From a virus, in the IMG/VR virus record IMGVR_UViG_3300045988_165550, positions 1 through 64,000 of that record: a stretch of DNA of 64,000 nucleotides; one strand, 5' to 3'. This document shows, one piece after another, positions 24,532-34,388 of the stretch. The number at the start of each line of letters is the position of its first letter. Position 1 is the stretch's first letter. The notes under the pieces are model-generated. The model did no database searches and had not been told where the DNA came from. It saw only the letters and a list, made by a program, of their open reading frames with translations. Made by a program: the position numbers and the translations under genes.

Positions 24532-27500
24532 ATGTTATTCCACCCTATATTAAACCAGATTGCCAATCTCGACATGGCTTTCCTTGTGAAGCCAGCCGAT
24601 GAGCAGCGCATCGAAGGACAGACGGCTTGTTTCTGTCCCCTCTGCCAGAAGGAAGAGGCAGACGATGGCGAGCAGAGCAAAGCGAAGCAGACACCGCACC
24701 TCATTATCTATAATAATGAGCGTGGTGGTATGTATAATGGTGTAGGGGTGGATAATGATACCAAGGCAGAGCATGGTGCCTTGCGCTGGATGTGTACCAA
24801 GACCGGAAAGTATGGCTACGGTGCAATCGAGCTTTATGCGGCAATGCGCAAGTTGCCAATGCACGGAGCAAGCCTATTGCGTCTTTGCCACGACCTCGTG
24901 GCAAAGGTGTATGGCGACAACGAGAAGACAAGAGCCAAGTGGCCGATGCTCTTTGCCAGGATGGACTACCGTACCATCGCCCCACAAACGATTGAAACGT
25001 TTTCTTTTATTCCAAAAACTGACTTCAATCCCCAGGAGCTTGCAGCCCTTGGGTGCGAAGTTACATCCGTAAAAGGCATTCCGCAATACGGCTTCGGTAA
25101 GGACTTTAATACTACGATGCTAAATGAAGATTTCCGCATATACGCCGTAGATAAAGTAACCCTGCCTAACGTGGTGAGAAACGGACAACTGGTAAGCGAA
25201 ATCATTTACGGCACTCCCTGGAACCCGCTGTTCGTCTGCTTCGCTACAGACGTAATAGCGCCGCAGGGCAGCTGCGGATGCTTCTTTCGTCCAGCCATGC
25301 AGCAAGACCCCATCGTCTTCTCCACCTGCGAGGATCACAGCGTGAGAAAGGTGAGTAAGTGGCTGATGGGTGATAAGGTTTTCACCTATGCGATGGACCA
25401 TCGGAGTAATAACTCTACTGCCGTTCACTCGGCAATAGAAAAGCTGCAACCCGATGAACCTTATACAGAGACTAAGGAGATATGGGTGGAGAATGAAACG
25501 AAGGAAGGAGCGCCGAAAGGTACTTATCATAGTGAAGAGGAACCCATAGAAGTGGGCGACATCAAGGCTCAGAACATCGTGTTCTGTAGAACACCCGAAG
25601 ACGCATTGAGCATTTATTATGCCATGCGTTCCCTGCGTCAGGATAAGGCGCAAGATAAGCATTTTCAGAAATATTGTTGGTATCACGTAGCCTTCTCGCT
25701 AGGCAGAAGAAACTTCTGGTATATCGAGCGTGGGCAGTGGAGGCAGGAAAAACTCGACTTCAATGCTTTGCAGTATCAGAAAATGAAGCGATTTGCCGAA
25801 AGGGTCATCATGATTTACCCTAACGACATTGCCAGCCAAAGGGATTGTGGAGCCATCGCAACTAAGTATTGCGATATTTGTTATGCCACGCTGCCCGATG
25901 GCTTCAGAAGCAGATATAATCAAAGGTGGAACTGGTTGTATGGTTGTTCACCACGAAGCGTGAGAGATTATCTGATGTGCTACCACATGGATGATGCCGA
26001 CAATTTTAAGTTCGACCACGATATAAGGTTGCCGCTATATTCGAGATTGCGGGGAGCCAACAATACGGACCCATTCGAGATAGAATATCCTCGTGATCCG
26101 AGAAGCGGCAAACCTAAACCGCCTACCTGCAAGGTATCGCCTACCAAGGTGTGGCTCTTTATGACCTGTCACGGCTATTACAGAATGATAGACCCTGAGA
26201 GTACCGACCTCGTAGGTCAGTATATCCATCTAGACAGATGCTTTGTTGAGTACATCGACCAGAAGAGTATCATCCAGGCAACAAAGGTTCAACTTCTGCA
26301 GTTCACTGAGCAGAGTTGGCGGTATAATGACAAGGAGCGCAAGATGATGTCAGATTGTGCGAATCTGATAGACAAGAATTTCAGTGAGAAATCGGCTGGA
26401 GGCTTGCAGAGCATGGTGATAGATTTCACTGAAAGTTTCGATGCGCATACGGAGTATTTCTTTTTCCGCAATGTGGCGTTAAAGATTACGCCAGAAACCA
26501 TCATGCCGGTTAGCTATGAAAAGCTGAACTTCTTTATCCCAGCCTTGGCAAAGAAGCCGTACGATTTCACGATGAGGGTATTCAATCCTCCTTTCGTTAT
26601 CAGCGAGAGCCAGGAATATAAGGATAAGGTAGCAGCCATCGCCCAAGATGAAGCGCAGGTTAATGAGGACGGTTCACCTGTCTTTACGAGAGCCGAAATT
26701 GAACAGAAGAAGAAAGACTTGGAGGAATGGTCGCATACCTATCAGTGGCAAGTTGATTGGCGCGGCAAGCAAGAAAAAGAACTTTGGGCACCGCTCCGTG
26801 TTATCAGAGGCTGTTCCAACGTATTGTGGCGAAGAGAACGTGATGCGATTCGTAATAAGGAGCCTCTTACTAAAGAAGAACAGGCTATCATTGATTCTCA
26901 TTTTGCCAACATGATTTCTTGCATCGGAAGAGTGTGCTATCGTTCTTGGGCAGATATGACAACTATATGCCCATATCTTTTGGAAGATGAAGTGAAGGAT
27001 GAAAAGCAGGCAAGTGGTGGTACGGGAAAATCCATGATGATTAATATCCTCGTCAACTCGGCCGTAAATGTACTGCATATAGACCTGAAGAAATACAAGA
27101 CAGAAGATAAAGCGCAGTTTGCGCTTACTGATATTCTGAAGTATCCTGGAAAATATAGGGTAGTGCATTGGGAGGATAAACCATCTAATTTCTCGGTGGA
27201 ATACTTCTATAATATAGTCACATCAGGCTCGCAGGTTGAACGGAAGTTCGGAGATCCAATATCACTGAATCTGGATAACTCTCCTATCAATGTCATATCA
27301 AGTAACTCACAGCTGAATAATGCGGCAGGTTCTACCGCCAGACGTTTTCCGCTGGTATCGTTTTCTGACAGATTTGCAGGAGCCAATCCGATGCTGCATG
27401 AATTGGAACGTTCTCCTAAAGACTTGATGAAAAGTCTTGCAGATTCTCCCGAAAAGATAGCCGAGCGAGACCGCAATCAAATCATTTACATCTGTGCTCT

Positions 27501-28212
27501 TGCCGTGCAGTTCATCATGCGCTATCATACCTTCGCTATCGCTCCTCAGAAGAACGTTCAGCGAAGATTGATGGTAAGGGAAATGACCGAAAATTCGGTG
27601 AACTACTTTGAATGGTTCTTCAGTCGAAACGATGTCTATGGAGTACCTATCTGCGCAGACGACATGTTTAGTGAGTTCATGCGAGATTGGGCTGATGCCT
27701 CTGAGGGCAAGAGCAAGGAATATAGCCGAGCTACCTTCAAGAAGAAAATCAGGAAGTATTGCGAACACATGGGTATTACCTGCAATCCTGATAATCTATT
27801 GGTGGGTGAGGACAACAAGCGTCATGGCTGCTTCAAGCTCCGAGCCTGGATAACGGAGGAATACTTCGTAGGCAGAGAGTGGGAGAATGATGATAGTGTA
27901 GAGCCGAAACTCATCCGCAGGGTGAAGACCAGTAAGCACGTCTATTTCTTCTTCCGTAGTGGTAAGGATCACATTCCGGAAAGCTATGACGAGTTGAAGC
28001 GGATAGCGAAGGAATATGTAGAGGGTCCCGACCCATTACCTTATCGTGATGATGATGGAAATATCGTTTCCCTCACCTCAGAAGAGGAAGAACGCTGGAA
28101 GGCATTCACCTCCCGCAAGCAGGGCAGAAGACAAGCTATCCCGAACGCTAGCGATAGCAGCAATGCTGCTGCTACCGTAGATGAAATAGATAAGAGCAAC
28201 CTGCCATTTTAG
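24532..28212 (+). CDS. primase/helicase-like replication protein (N-terminal Zn-finger region, C-terminal P-loop NTPase)
   Basis: CFCPLCQ...TPHLIIY...WMCTKTGKYGYGAIEL resembles a primase Zn-finger region. Walker A SGGTGKS near residue 830. Ends in ...DKSNLPF. Confidence 0.65.
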   Translation: MLFHPILNQIANLDMAFLVKPADEQRIEGQTACFCPLCQKEEADDGEQSKAKQTPHLIIYNNERGGMYNGVGVDNDTKAEHGALRWMCTKTGKYGYGAIELYAAMRKLPMHGASLLRLCHDLVAKVYGDNEKTRAKWPMLFARMDYRTIAPQTIETFSFIPKTDFNPQELAALGCEVTSVKGIPQYGFGKDFNTTMLNEDFRIYAVDKVTLPNVVRNGQLVSEIIYGTPWNPLFVCFATDVIAPQGSCGCFFRPAMQQDPIVFSTCEDHSVRKVSKWLMGDKVFTYAMDHRSNNSTAVHSAIEKLQPDEPYTETKEIWVENETKEGAPKGTYHSEEEPIEVGDIKAQNIVFCRTPEDALSIYYAMRSLRQDKAQDKHFQKYCWYHVAFSLGRRNFWYIERGQWRQEKLDFNALQYQKMKRFAERVIMIYPNDIASQRDCGAIATKYCDICYATLPDGFRSRYNQRWNWLYGCSPRSVRDYLMCYHMDDADNFKFDHDIRLPLYSRLRGANNTDPFEIEYPRDPRSGKPKPPTCKVSPTKVWLFMTCHGYYRMIDPESTDLVGQYIHLDRCFVEYIDQKSIIQATKVQLLQFTEQSWRYNDKERKMMSDCANLIDKNFSEKSAGGLQSMVIDFTESFDAHTEYFFFRNVALKITPETIMPVSYEKLNFFIPALAKKPYDFTMRVFNPPFVISESQEYKDKVAAIAQDEAQVNEDGSPVFTRAEIEQKKKDLEEWSHTYQWQVDWRGKQEKELWAPLRVIRGCSNVLWRRERDAIRNKEPLTKEEQAIIDSHFANMISCIGRVCYRSWADMTTICPYLLEDEVKDEKQASGGTGKSMMINILVNSAVNVLHIDLKKYKTEDKAQFALTDILKYPGKYRVVHWEDKPSNFSVEYFYNIVTSGSQVERKFGDPISLNLDNSPINVISSNSQLNNAAGSTARRFPLVSFSDRFAGANPMLHELERSPKDLMKSLADSPEKIAERDRNQIIYICALAVQFIMRYHTFAIAPQKNVQRRLMVREMTENSVNYFEWFFSRNDVYGVPICADDMFSEFMRDWADASEGKSKEYSRATFKKKIRKYCEHMGITCNPDNLLVGEDNKRHGCFKLRAWITEEYFVGREWENDDSVEPKLIRRVKTSKHVYFFFRSGKDHIPESYDELKRIAKEYVEGPDPLPYRDDDGNIVSLTSEEEERWKAFTSRKQGRRQAIPNASDSSNAAATVDEIDKSNLPF

Positions 28213-28214
28213 GC

Positions 28215-28246
28215 AATTAATAGTTAAGAGTTAATAGTTAATAGGG
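28215..28246 (+). repeat. Heptamer array (AATTAAT AGTTAAG AGTTAAT AGTTAAT)
   Basis: Read directly. Confidence 0.75.
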
Positions 28247-28302
28247 TATCATTAAGTTTATAAACAAGGAAATTGAATTTTTATAAAAATAATATTTAAA
28301 TT

Positions 28303-28914
28303 ATGGCTAGTTTTAGTGGAAATGTCGACCTTCTGGCTCTGAATGGAGCCAAGGTCTTAGTTGGTATCGACGAGAAGAATGCAAAGCGTCCTTACGTTTG
28401 CATTCCTCTCGATGTGAACGAAATTAGAGTAGAAGCATCTAAGAATGATGCAAGTAAAACTCAGGCAAAACTGAGAGTCAACATCTGGCCTTTCAATGAG
28501 GCGTATAAGAATAAGATACGCCAGAGTGCAGCCGAGCGTGGCGATACCCAGGTGAGTGTACCTACCCACGAAATGCAGCTCTCGTTCTCCACCGAGTACG
28601 TCAAGGCAGTAGCCAAGGCATTTCCGAAGCTCGTAGAGTCGGTGAAGGAAGCCAACAAGGAACGAGATCCGGAAATCGTAAATCAGGATTTCAACGATGA
28701 GAACTCTCACCTCTTTAAGGCAATCCGCACCCGTATGAACAAGCGAATCGCCAGCCTCTATCAGCCACAGACCGCGACCCAGCAGCAGCCATATCCGCAG
28801 CAAGCCTACGGCGCTGCCGGCAATGCCACCGCCTATGTACCGCCAGCTGAAGGAGGCAATGATTATTCATCAATGCCAGGTTACGACGATCCGAACAGCG
28901 ACCTGCCATTCTAG
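28303..28914 (+). CDS. single-stranded DNA-binding protein-like (non-canonical)
   Basis: Q/P/G/Y-rich linker followed by the acidic tip ...YDDPNSDLPF, resembling the SSB C-terminal DDDIPF. Located between the primase/helicase and the clamp. Confidence 0.55.
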   Translation: MASFSGNVDLLALNGAKVLVGIDEKNAKRPYVCIPLDVNEIRVEASKNDASKTQAKLRVNIWPFNEAYKNKIRQSAAERGDTQVSVPTHEMQLSFSTEYVKAVAKAFPKLVESVKEANKERDPEIVNQDFNDENSHLFKAIRTRMNKRIASLYQPQTATQQQPYPQQAYGAAGNATAYVPPAEGGNDYSSMPGYDDPNSDLPF

Positions 28915-28943
28915 TTAATAGTTAATAGATAATAGTTAATAAT
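28913..28943 (+). repeat. Heptamer array (AGTTAAT AGTTAAT AGATAAT AGTTAAT)
   Basis: Read directly, running up to the clamp ATG. Confidence 0.75.
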
Positions 28944-28946
28944 AAA

Positions 28947-30143
28947 ATGAAGATACAAGCGCAATCATCCCTCTTGCTTCGCCAGGCTTTACAAAAAGCA
29001 GCGAAGTGTATCGACAGCAAGTCATCCGTCGCCATATTGGCCAACGTACTCCTTACCCAGCGCAAGGAAGACGGCAAATTCTTTTTCGTATCAGCTACCA
29101 CTGATTCGGAACTTATCATTCCTGCACCCCTCACCATCGTAGAAGGAAGCTTCAAAGAAGATGCCGTTCTGCCTATTACATCATTACTATCCCTCCTCTC
29201 CACCCTCCCTGCCGACTGCGTAGTCACCATGGATCTGTCTCAGGACAAGGAGCGCAACATGAACATCGAGTACTGCACCCAGAACGGCGAAAATGTAAAA
29301 AAAGGTAATGTGAGTCTGGTTTATTTCAGCGCAGAGGCATTCCCTCGTGCTGCACAGCCCGATAATGCCAGTCTCCATATCTCCCTGCCGATGACAACCT
29401 TCAGCAATGTACTTTCTCATGCCGGCAAGTTCGTATCTGATTCCGATCTTCGCCCAGTGATGAGATGCCTCTGCATCGATGTAGCCGAGGATAGAAGTGA
29501 AGTTATCTTCGTAGCTTCCAACGGCCACGTCCTTATCAAACTGATTCATACCAACAACCCTTATACAGGAGGCAGCAATTTCTTCCGTAGTGGAACACCG
29601 GGAAAGATTCTCGTATATAGCTCCTTCTTCAAGACTTTTTCTGCTTTTGATGGCGAAGAGGATATTGATATTGAGGCAAACGAGAGCATGGTGAGATTCA
29701 CGGCAGGTGACATTACCTTCGTCTGCAAGAAGGCAGAGGGTCAATATCCTAACTACAATTCCGTCATCCCTAAGAACAATCCATATACGGTTGTTGTAGA
29801 CAAGCGAGAGCTGGCTAGCGTAGTGAAGCGTGTGGCTCTCTTCGCCAGTGAGAGTAGCAACCTTATTATGCTGAAGAAAGATGGCATGTTCCTCGATATT
29901 ACTGCGCAGGATCTCGACTTCAATATGGCAGCCAACGACCAGGTACTTATCAATGACAGTACCTGTCCGGAAGGTCATAGTATCGGATTCAAGGCAAGTA
30001 GTCTGCTCGATGTTCTTGCACCTATTCCTGATGATAGCATCTGTCTGCATCTGAGCGACCCTAGCCGTGCAGCAGTTATCACTGCCAATGAGTCATCGCC
30101 AAGAGCATTGACCATGCTCATGCCGATGATTATCAATGATTAA
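28947..30143 (+). CDS. dnaN: DNA polymerase III beta sliding clamp homologue
   Basis: N-terminus ...SSVAILANVLLTQ...SATTDSELII and internal VIFVASNGHVLIKL match DnaN signatures. The length of 398 aa fits. Confidence 0.8.
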   Translation: MKIQAQSSLLLRQALQKAAKCIDSKSSVAILANVLLTQRKEDGKFFFVSATTDSELIIPAPLTIVEGSFKEDAVLPITSLLSLLSTLPADCVVTMDLSQDKERNMNIEYCTQNGENVKKGNVSLVYFSAEAFPRAAQPDNASLHISLPMTTFSNVLSHAGKFVSDSDLRPVMRCLCIDVAEDRSEVIFVASNGHVLIKLIHTNNPYTGGSNFFRSGTPGKILVYSSFFKTFSAFDGEEDIDIEANESMVRFTAGDITFVCKKAEGQYPNYNSVIPKNNPYTVVVDKRELASVVKRVALFASESSNLIMLKKDGMFLDITAQDLDFNMAANDQVLINDSTCPEGHSIGFKASSLLDVLAPIPDDSICLHLSDPSRAAVITANESSPRALTMLMPMIIND

Positions 30144-30166
30144 ACTTACATTAAACTGATAAGATT

Positions 30167-30883
30167 ATGGACGATACATTGCTCTTTATCCCTCCCTGCT
30201 GCGTGGACAGAAAATTGCCACAGGCAGTGATGCAGGCACCACGGCGGGCACTGAGCTTCTATACTCACGGCGACGTGCTGGTGGATAAATTCTTCCACGC
30301 TGTCGGATGTATGGCCGATACGACTCCGAATCGTAGAACAAAGAACCATTTCTGCGTGATGGTGCTGGCTATGACCGTAAGCAGGACTTCTGCCACCGGT
30401 TATATCATCAACTACCTGAAGACTTGTTTTGAGCGTGAATGGATCACCCACCTGGTGCTCTCTACCGACAAGAGCGTAGAGGATTGGCTGGATATCCATC
30501 TGCGGGAGTATAAGGATAGAATCCTTTATGTGAATCATAAGGACGTAACAGCGCAGACTTCGCACATGGTTCTTTACAACGAGGAAAAGGCTTTCACCGT
30601 GGCTGGTCCGATGCTCGATACGCCAACGGGCAAGCTGTCGCATTATTCGATGGTACTCTATCCTGACTATGCAGCCTGGGATAACGCCTCTGACTGGTCA
30701 AACCCTTTAAAAAATATCTGTTTGCCAGATATATTGCGACACCGACAAAGGGTAGCCAAGGAGAAACGAAAGATAAAAAGCATCATCCTAGACCGTTTCC
30801 TGCATGCCCAGATGCCTCCTTATGCAGAGGATATGGAGCAGAAAATCCATCGTGATTATTACGACTTCGGCGGCAACGTGTAA
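30167..30883 (+). CDS. hypothetical protein
   Basis: 238-aa ORF. Confidence 0.6.
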   Translation: MDDTLLFIPPCCVDRKLPQAVMQAPRRALSFYTHGDVLVDKFFHAVGCMADTTPNRRTKNHFCVMVLAMTVSRTSATGYIINYLKTCFEREWITHLVLSTDKSVEDWLDIHLREYKDRILYVNHKDVTAQTSHMVLYNEEKAFTVAGPMLDTPTGKLSHYSMVLYPDYAAWDNASDWSNPLKNICLPDILRHRQRVAKEKRKIKSIILDRFLHAQMPPYAEDMEQKIHRDYYDFGGNV

Positions 30884-30913
30884 GCATTTGTAAACTGATA
30901 AATATGTATCGCC

Positions 30914-31225
30914 ATGACAAGATATAAGCAGTCTTATCAGAACCTTCGCCAGTTTTGCGAAAAGTGGCAGTGGATAGACCCACGCAGCGGTCAGCAGGTA
31001 ACTGGCTACGTGCATCCGCAGACGGCGAGGAAGGTGGAACGCAAGCCGTTCTACATCAAGTTCCTCACCAAGACGGGTCATGTGGATGAAGGTGAATGTG
31101 TCTGCCTGAAGGTAGATGTGCTTCGCCACCAGCGAAAGGTGCAGTTCGTCAACAGCAAGCAGATAAGGGTAGTGAACGACATCCTGGTACTCGAAGTGGA
31201 CGGAATCAGGTTCATTACCCATTAG
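30914..31225 (+). CDS. hypothetical protein
   Basis: 103-aa ORF. Confidence 0.55.
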   Translation: MTRYKQSYQNLRQFCEKWQWIDPRSGQQVTGYVHPQTARKVERKPFYIKFLTKTGHVDEGECVCLKVDVLRHQRKVQFVNSKQIRVVNDILVLEVDGIRFITH

Positions 31226-31326
31226 TGATGAGTGAGTAGTGATTAATGAGACTTCATGTTTTTTTGGTTAGTTAGATTATAGTTTTTTAAACTCTATGAT
31301 GTTCATCTTTTTAGGTGAATTGGTTC

Positions 31327-31358
31327 CCCTCCGGTGCGTGAGCATAGGAGGGCTTTTT
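31327..31358 (+). terminator. Rho-independent terminator (CCCTCC..GGAGGG + CTTTTT)
   Basis: Read directly. Confidence 0.65.
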
Positions 31359-31395
31359 AAACAAGAATACTCATTTTAAAAACGAAATATAAACT

Positions 31396-32013
31396 ATGAT
31401 AGAAATTCCATTTTTAGCAAGAATCGCCCTCATCCTGATAGGGGCAGTTCTCGTAGTCTTCATCTTAAAAAGACTTAAGAAGAAAAAGGCAGGAAACGCG
31501 TTAAAAGATTTAAGCGCCCTCACCGCCTTGGTTACGAAGTGGGAGCGTTCTGGCTTGCTTCATTGGCAGGTGAAGGGCAAGACTCTTTTGCTGGAGCAGA
31601 GCCTCGCAGTCTCCGTGATGTCGTTGGGATCTGAGAAATTCAAGAAGTTCCTCAATCTCTTAGCGCAGTTAAAGAATGCCGAACTGGTGGGTAATGCCTA
31701 CGAGCAGCAGCGCCTAGACCTGGAGACGGCAGCCGTGCGAAAGGCGCAGGAGCAGACCCTGAATAAACTCACCGATATTGATATTCAGCGCATCCGCCAG
31801 GATGCACGCAAAGATATGCAGCACATCGACATGAAGAGTATCCTGGATGCCATCCATGAGTTCGACATTATGATCATCCGCAGCAACGCTATCTCTTCGG
31901 CGGATGCCACCGAGGAAGGAGGCCAACTGGTAGCCGTAGGTCATTTCGATGGTAAGAAGGTGGAAATGGCAATGTGGGACGAAATCAAGAATGATCTGAA
32001 AGAAGAAAAGTAA
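31396..32013 (+). CDS. hypothetical membrane-anchored protein
   Basis: N-terminal TM segment IALILIGAVLVVFIL. Confidence 0.6.
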   Translation: MIEIPFLARIALILIGAVLVVFILKRLKKKKAGNALKDLSALTALVTKWERSGLLHWQVKGKTLLLEQSLAVSVMSLGSEKFKKFLNLLAQLKNAELVGNAYEQQRLDLETAAVRKAQEQTLNKLTDIDIQRIRQDARKDMQHIDMKSILDAIHEFDIMIIRSNAISSADATEEGGQLVAVGHFDGKKVEMAMWDEIKNDLKEEK

Positions 32014-32037
32014 TGAGGATAAAGATATAATAATAAG

Positions 32038-32069
32038 AAGGTATAGTCTTAAAACTATACCTTTTTTTA
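32038..32069 (+). terminator. Rho-independent terminator (AAGGTATAGT cttaaa ACTATACCTT + TTTTT)
   Basis: 10-bp stem plus T-tract. Confidence 0.8.
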
Positions 32070-32153
32070 GTATCTAATATATAATAATTCTTAAATTTAG
32101 ACCAAATTATAAATTAAACAATAGCTAACCTATCATTGTTTGAAATATTTTTG

Positions 32154-32161
32154 TATCTTTG
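32154..32161 (+). promoter_or_regulatory. -7 box TATCTTTG
   Basis: Matches TAnnTTTG. The -33 region is unclear. Confidence 0.4.
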
Positions 32162-32206
32162 CAACCGAAAGATAGGTAATATATACTTTTTTAAATAAAA
32201 AACGAA

Positions 32207-32374
32207 ATGGTTAATATCACCCATTGTTCGCAGAAGCCTGATGCCAAGCCTTGCTGGGTATGCCTGCACGGTAGGTATTGCATCGGCGGATTGTACTGCT
32301 GCAAACGGAAACGGTATGTGCAGTATCAGGACACCGCCGATTGCCCGGATAAGGAGATGGAGCAGGTTAGTTAG
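32207..32374 (+). CDS. small Cys-rich protein (55 aa), absent from the ORF track
   Basis: My translation: MVNITHCSQKPDAKPCWVCLHGRYCIGGLYCCKRKRYVQYQDTADCPDKEMEQVS. It lies downstream of a -7 box and upstream of the next gene. Confidence 0.4.
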   Translation: MVNITHCSQKPDAKPCWVCLHGRYCIGGLYCCKRKRYVQYQDTADCPDKEMEQVS

Positions 32375-32397
32375 TAACACAATAATAAGGTAAAGAT

Positions 32398-32793
32398 ATG
32401 GAAAAAGAATTTAAGGCCATCCTGCTTACCAAGGAGTCTTGGATGAATAGCCCACTGAGTGTGGCCAAGTATTCCGGAGGTGTGCAGGTTACTGGCGAAG
32501 GCGGTAAGAAGAGAACTCTCCTCATCGTGAATAAGGAGGGTAAAGACCTGTATCAGGTGGGCATCCCTTCTGGCGAGTCAGCCGACTTGGTAGATAAGGA
32601 GTTTATTCCTCTCTATAAGAAGCTGGGCAGAGATTTGTTTATTTCCATCGTCAATGCCAACCCTTTGACTTCCCGCAAGGAGCTGAAGGAAATCCTCACC
32701 CAGCAAGCCGAAATAAAGAAGAAGGGTGAGGAAGCCGAAAAGGCAGTAAGAAAAGAAAAAGAGAAGAGACAGAACCCTTCGTTTTTCGATTAG
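32398..32793 (+). CDS. hypothetical protein
   Basis: 131-aa ORF. Confidence 0.6.
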   Translation: MEKEFKAILLTKESWMNSPLSVAKYSGGVQVTGEGGKKRTLLIVNKEGKDLYQVGIPSGESADLVDKEFIPLYKKLGRDLFISIVNANPLTSRKELKEILTQQAEIKKKGEEAEKAVRKEKEKRQNPSFFD

Positions 32794-32833
32794 ATAATTC
32801 GAGTTTTAATACAATAAAGATTTATAGAGTAGA

Positions 32834-33283
32834 ATGAAAACATTAGAAGAATTTCAGAAACAAGTTCTTACTCCTTTGCGTAAGGAGAGAGACGACAAGC
32901 AGGACGCAGCGAGAGAAGTTCGCTCTAACGCTGCGGCTGAGTATATGAAGGCAAAGAAGATGATTGAGGAAAAGGAACATGCCTTCAAAGAACTGCAAGA
33001 GCAAGTACTGGAAGTATTCATACACCAGCAACTCCTCGACCGAAAGGCATATAAACTCCTGCTGACCGCCGAGCGTACAGATGCCTGCGCCAAGTATGAT
33101 AAAGCCAAGCATGATGAGAAGATAGCAAAACGCCGTGCCAACGAGGAGTATATGGATAAAGTAGGCATCGCCTTTTCCCAATATAACAAAGAACGAGTAA
33201 CCGCAGGCGAGCAGCCTATATATTACGAGAAGAGCCGTGAGGTCCTAGCCGAGGAACGCAAGGCTGGTCATAGTGAACAATAA
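32834..33283 (+). CDS. hypothetical coiled-coil protein
   Basis: 149-aa ORF, K/E/A-rich. Confidence 0.6.
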   Translation: MKTLEEFQKQVLTPLRKERDDKQDAAREVRSNAAAEYMKAKKMIEEKEHAFKELQEQVLEVFIHQQLLDRKAYKLLLTAERTDACAKYDKAKHDEKIAKRRANEEYMDKVGIAFSQYNKERVTAGEQPIYYEKSREVLAEERKAGHSEQ

Positions 33284-33294
33284 ACAACAAAAGC

Positions 33295-34380
33295 ATGAAC
33301 ACAAAACAACAGAATGTTCTTCGCACTCTTTTGAAGAAATATAAATTCAAGAGTGTGAGCAATATAGTCCGCCAGGAACTCGGAATCAATTTCGAGAACT
33401 TCCTACAGAAGACGGAACCCCTCTACGTTATTCCTCGCATCGCTTCCTGCTATGCCGTGGAAGGGGATAAAGAGAAGCTGAACGGTATCATTTACAAGGA
33501 ATGGCTGAAAGATGTGGTAGAAAAAGCCTGGGTAGCTCCTCTTAATGAATACACCGAGGAGTACGGCGAGCGCATCGTTCTCTCTGCCATCTATTACCTT
33601 ATCGACAATGGCTTGTGGGAAACCTACGAAGGTCGCCTAGCCCTGGATGCGCAGGAAGAAAATTACTACGACAAGCTGGAAGATATGCCTTCCGCCATCG
33701 CCATGGTCCAGGAACAGCAGCAAGCCGAGGAGAAGAAAGTTGAGGAGGAGAAAGCCGCAATGCCCCTCACTGGAGCACCTGGCAAAAATCCCCCTCTCGC
33801 TCCCGTTCCCAGCGATTCCATCGCTGGCAAAAAGGAATCCGCCCCAGGCTATACGCTCACCGCCGAAGATGCCGTAGCCCTCATCGGTACCACTTCCGAA
33901 ACCTGCGCTCAGTTGAAGCAGAACATCGAACGCCTGTTTGATTTCATCCGCACCGACAATGATACCGATGTCCTTCGTCAGAAGCTCTCCGACCTGCAGC
34001 GTCAGCTAGAAGCCCAGAAAGCCGAGCACCAAAAAGATATAACCGTCCTTCAGCAGAAAGTCGATGAAGCCAATGCCACTATGCAGAAGGCAAGCAATTA
34101 TATTTCTAAGCTGCGTCAGGAAGCCCAGGAAGTCCAGAAGCAATACGATGAGCTGAATGCCAAATACAAGAAAGCTCTGGATGAGCGTGATGATGCCGAC
34201 AAGGAGTTGGAAACCTGCAAGAAACTTCTCGAAGAGGAAGCCAATCGCGAGCAGCTTCCGAAGAAGAAAATCATCCCATACAGCGTTCTCGATGCCGTTC
34301 CGCTCTTGGGCAAGGGTGTAATGACGGGCTTGGTACCCGTCCTCTCCAAGTACAACATCGTGGTAGATTATAACAAGTAG
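33295..34380 (+). CDS. hypothetical protein with a coiled-coil C-terminal half
   Basis: 361-aa ORF. Contains hairpin repeat copy 2 in a P/A-rich linker. Confidence 0.6.
   Translation: MNTKQQNVLRTLLKKYKFKSVSNIVRQELGINFENFLQKTEPLYVIPRIASCYAVEGDKEKLNGIIYKEWLKDVVEKAWVAPLNEYTEEYGERIVLSAIYYLIDNGLWETYEGRLALDAQEENYYDKLEDMPSAIAMVQEQQQAEEKKVEEEKAAMPLTGAPGKNPPLAPVPSDSIAGKKESAPGYTLTAEDAVALIGTTSETCAQLKQNIERLFDFIRTDNDTDVLRQKLSDLQRQLEAQKAEHQKDITVLQQKVDEANATMQKASNYISKLRQEAQEVQKQYDELNAKYKKALDERDDADKELETCKKLLEEEANREQLPKKKIIPYSVLDAVPLLGKGVMTGLVPVLSKYNIVVDYNK
33803..33827 (+). repeat. Hairpin repeat CCGTTCCCAGCGATTCCATCGCTGG, copy 2 (inside a CDS)
   Basis: Stem CCAGCGA/TCGCTGG. Encodes ...PVPSDSIAG... Confidence 0.85.
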
Positions 34381-34388
34381 AAAAGCGT

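Noticed and set aside
24018-24704. Minus-strand ORFs of 74 and 127 aa, and a 60-aa + strand ORF, in the primase-upstream gap.
   Set aside because: There is no promoter or start context. The second ORF overlaps the primase start. The sequences are Arg/Cys/Gly-rich and follow the paired segments, so an RNA or DNA structure is the better explanation.
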